A DNA stretch of 64,000 bases from Hypanus sabinus (lineage: Eukaryota), in the NCBI RefSeq assembly GCF_030144855.1, contig NC_082731.1:24490001-24554000 (forward strand), given 5' to 3'. A program made the position numbers and the translations under genes. Numbering within the stretch: the stretch's first letter is position 1; every line of letters starts with the position of its first letter. The notes below the pieces were generated by a model. It was not told the origin of the DNA and did no database searches. It saw nothing but the letters and a program-made list of their open reading frames with translations. Of the stretch, positions 61,562 to 64,000 are shown in pieces.

Positions 61562-64000
61562 CTGAATATACCGGGAGCAGAAATAACATGCAGAAACGCG
61601 GTTGCCCACTGCAGCATTTAATTTCTTTCTAATTCTGCTTATTTTTAACACGATATAGTTGTATTTACATAACTAATTTCCCATGAAATTTCAGTATCAA
61701 TGTAATCGCTATCAGTAATTGCTGATAACAATTAGAAGTTGATTTGTGTGTAACAGTAAAAATGCGCGAGCTGCACAATATATGAAGTTCTTATTCTTGA
61801 GCATTTCTAGTTGTATAACATTGTGTGTAACAGTTAACTCTAGTAATTTCTGAGCTATGTTTAAAACTAAATCTTGTTGCTGTGTGCAGGATATTATTTG
61901 TTTATTTCATTGGCAATATTAGTGTTCAAATTTCACACCTGAGAATTAGTTGACACAATTTGACGGACAGAAATAGAGAAAAAAATAAGGTTGACGAAAA
62001 ATTATGATTTAAAATAGATATTAGAGATTATCTGTTTTTTCTAAGCTCAGATAAGAAATAGTTTGAGAAAACCACTGAAACGTGGTAGGAGGATTTACTT
62101 CTTTCCAATTTTGTAATATAGACCATCTGGCCATTAATGATACAAAGGCGATCCTTCGTCTAATTGAAGGGGAAAACCGATTACCATCCTCATTTAGTAT
62201 ACCAAAAATTGCAGTAATAAATTGAGGTTGTAAATCAATATTCCAAATTGAGGAAATGGCAGCAAATATGTCCTTCCAATAGTTATATTATGTGGGACAT
62301 GACCAAACCATGTGGGTCAATGAAGCCACATCTGAATGACATCTGTCACATTGAGGGTTAATATGAGAATAGAATCGAGCAAGCTTATCTTTAGATATAT
62401 GAGCTCTATGTACAACTTTAAATTAGTAGCACTATTTTTGACTCATCAATTAAATTTGAAGAAACTTGGGGACCGTTCATTCGACACTTTCATATGAATT
62501 AATTTGGCCTCTTCCAGACGTTCTCTCTGTTTATTCTTGTTCTGGCACGTAGTTCCGGAGTTTTTGACACTATCATATACATATAAACTGTTATTATTGT
62601 CCATGTTAGTTTAGTTTAGTTTTTACTTTTTTTTTCAATATATATTTTTTTCTTGTATTTTTATCTTTTTTATCTTTTGATGATCATTCTTACTCTTTTG
62701 CATGTATAATTATTATAGGTTTGATTGATTAATATACTATTTTTGTTGATATTTAATAGGATATTATTATCTCATTATTAATTCAACTTCAAGTCTAGTG
62801 CACTTATAACCTATTCATTATTATGTAATGTTTTTTTAATATATATGAAATTCAATAAAAAGATTGAAAAAGAGATTATCTGTAAAATAGTGAGATTTGG
62901 AAAACGTATTTGTTGAATACATGCTAGTGAGATTTCGTGTATAAAATCAAAGCTTTGTTTACCTGCTGTGAGCCTCAGTCCAAAATCCATCTGTCGGGTA
63001 TTGAGCTGAAGCCTCTTTTAAGTGTATGTTTATGTGAATGCAGCAGATGTATATTCCATTATTTATTCACTGGTGTTTCTCTCTACGTGTGCATGTACAA
63101 GATTGGTGTCATGGCGCACATGCTTCCAAACATGTCCACTGAAGGGATAAAGGCTCCAGATTGCCAATTTATGAATTTCCTCTGAATCTTCCCCGTTAAT
63201 ATGCACCAGATGTGGTAATTTTTGCTGCGTGTATGTTATGATTAAGAGTATACCGACATGATTATCTGTTTTATTAATAACAGATTAACATAAGAATGTC
63301 TGGATTTCTGTAGCTCTAATGCTGATGCAAACTTAAGCATAGGCAAATAGATGCCTCAACTAATCGCTATATTTTTCTATTTTACTGTGGTTTCATGCAC
63401 TGCTGTTTAATAAAAAGGTATAACGAAATAATGAATAATATAAAAGTATATAGAAATTTTCTTTCTCCCACAATTGCGAGAAAGTCGTTAAAAGAATGTG
63501 TTCAATCAGACTACTCTAAGCACAAAGCTGAGCTTATACTAGCTGAGTTGATACTTTAATTTTACCATTAATCCTTACTTAAGTTTCATATCTTTTGCCC
63601 CCACGTATGCACTAATGCAGTGATACAGACAAGTGCAACTACTGAGTCGAAAATCAAATACAAAAGATCGAGTTTCCTCCTAGAACGGCTCACTCGACAT
63701 TTTTATCTCAATTATTGGCCCATTTTCCTTGATGTATATGCCTTGTCTATATATTCGTGGAATTGAATTGATACCACTTTATCTGCTTCATTCTTACGTA
63801 GAAAAGTAATATATTCATTTTACGCAGTTCAGGAATACAATACCAGTCCCCCCCCCCCATTTTTTGCTTGCTAGTGACTGCGGCTAAGTTCCGAGGTATT
63901 TGAGAATATACGCCAGTTCTATATTGTTGAATTGTGACTATGGTGTTGTGCAAATAGGTCAGTTGTTGGAAAGAGCATTTTAAGAACGTTTATCGTCAAG

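Overview
Vertebrate genomic DNA. The repeat families (CR1, Rex1/Babar, Penelope, Tc1) and the antigen-receptor sequences point to a cartilaginous fish, probably a shark or ray; this is inference. About two thirds of the window is decayed transposable elements: CR1-type LINEs, a Ty3/Gypsy pol remnant, two TA-flanked Tc1 elements, a hAT element with an 8-bp TSD, and two internally deleted LTR elements. Two N-gaps are present. Between the repeats is an antigen-receptor locus. (1) One apparently intact TCR alpha/delta-type V gene (+): leader 25236-25281, V exon 25856-26157, 23-RSS 26158-26196. (2) An inverted paralogous V (-; 17057-17655) with one in-frame stop and a 23-RSS, plus a third decayed paralog (19385-20047). 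(3) Intact immunoglobulin heavy-chain TM1 and TM2 exons with a polyA signal (-; 61254-61561). (4) Lower-confidence decayed pieces: two homologous J-like cassettes (about 33.6 and 37.4 kb), V-like remnants downstream of them (one with a good 22-bp-spacer RSS), and several IgH constant-exon-like remnants, all on the minus strand. The window therefore reads as an interleaved TCR-V/IgH region, largely pseudogenised, possibly holding relics of NAR-TCR-like J-to-supporting-V cassettes. The decayed calls are by-eye motif matches and need profile searches. No CRISPR array, rRNA or tRNA gene was seen.
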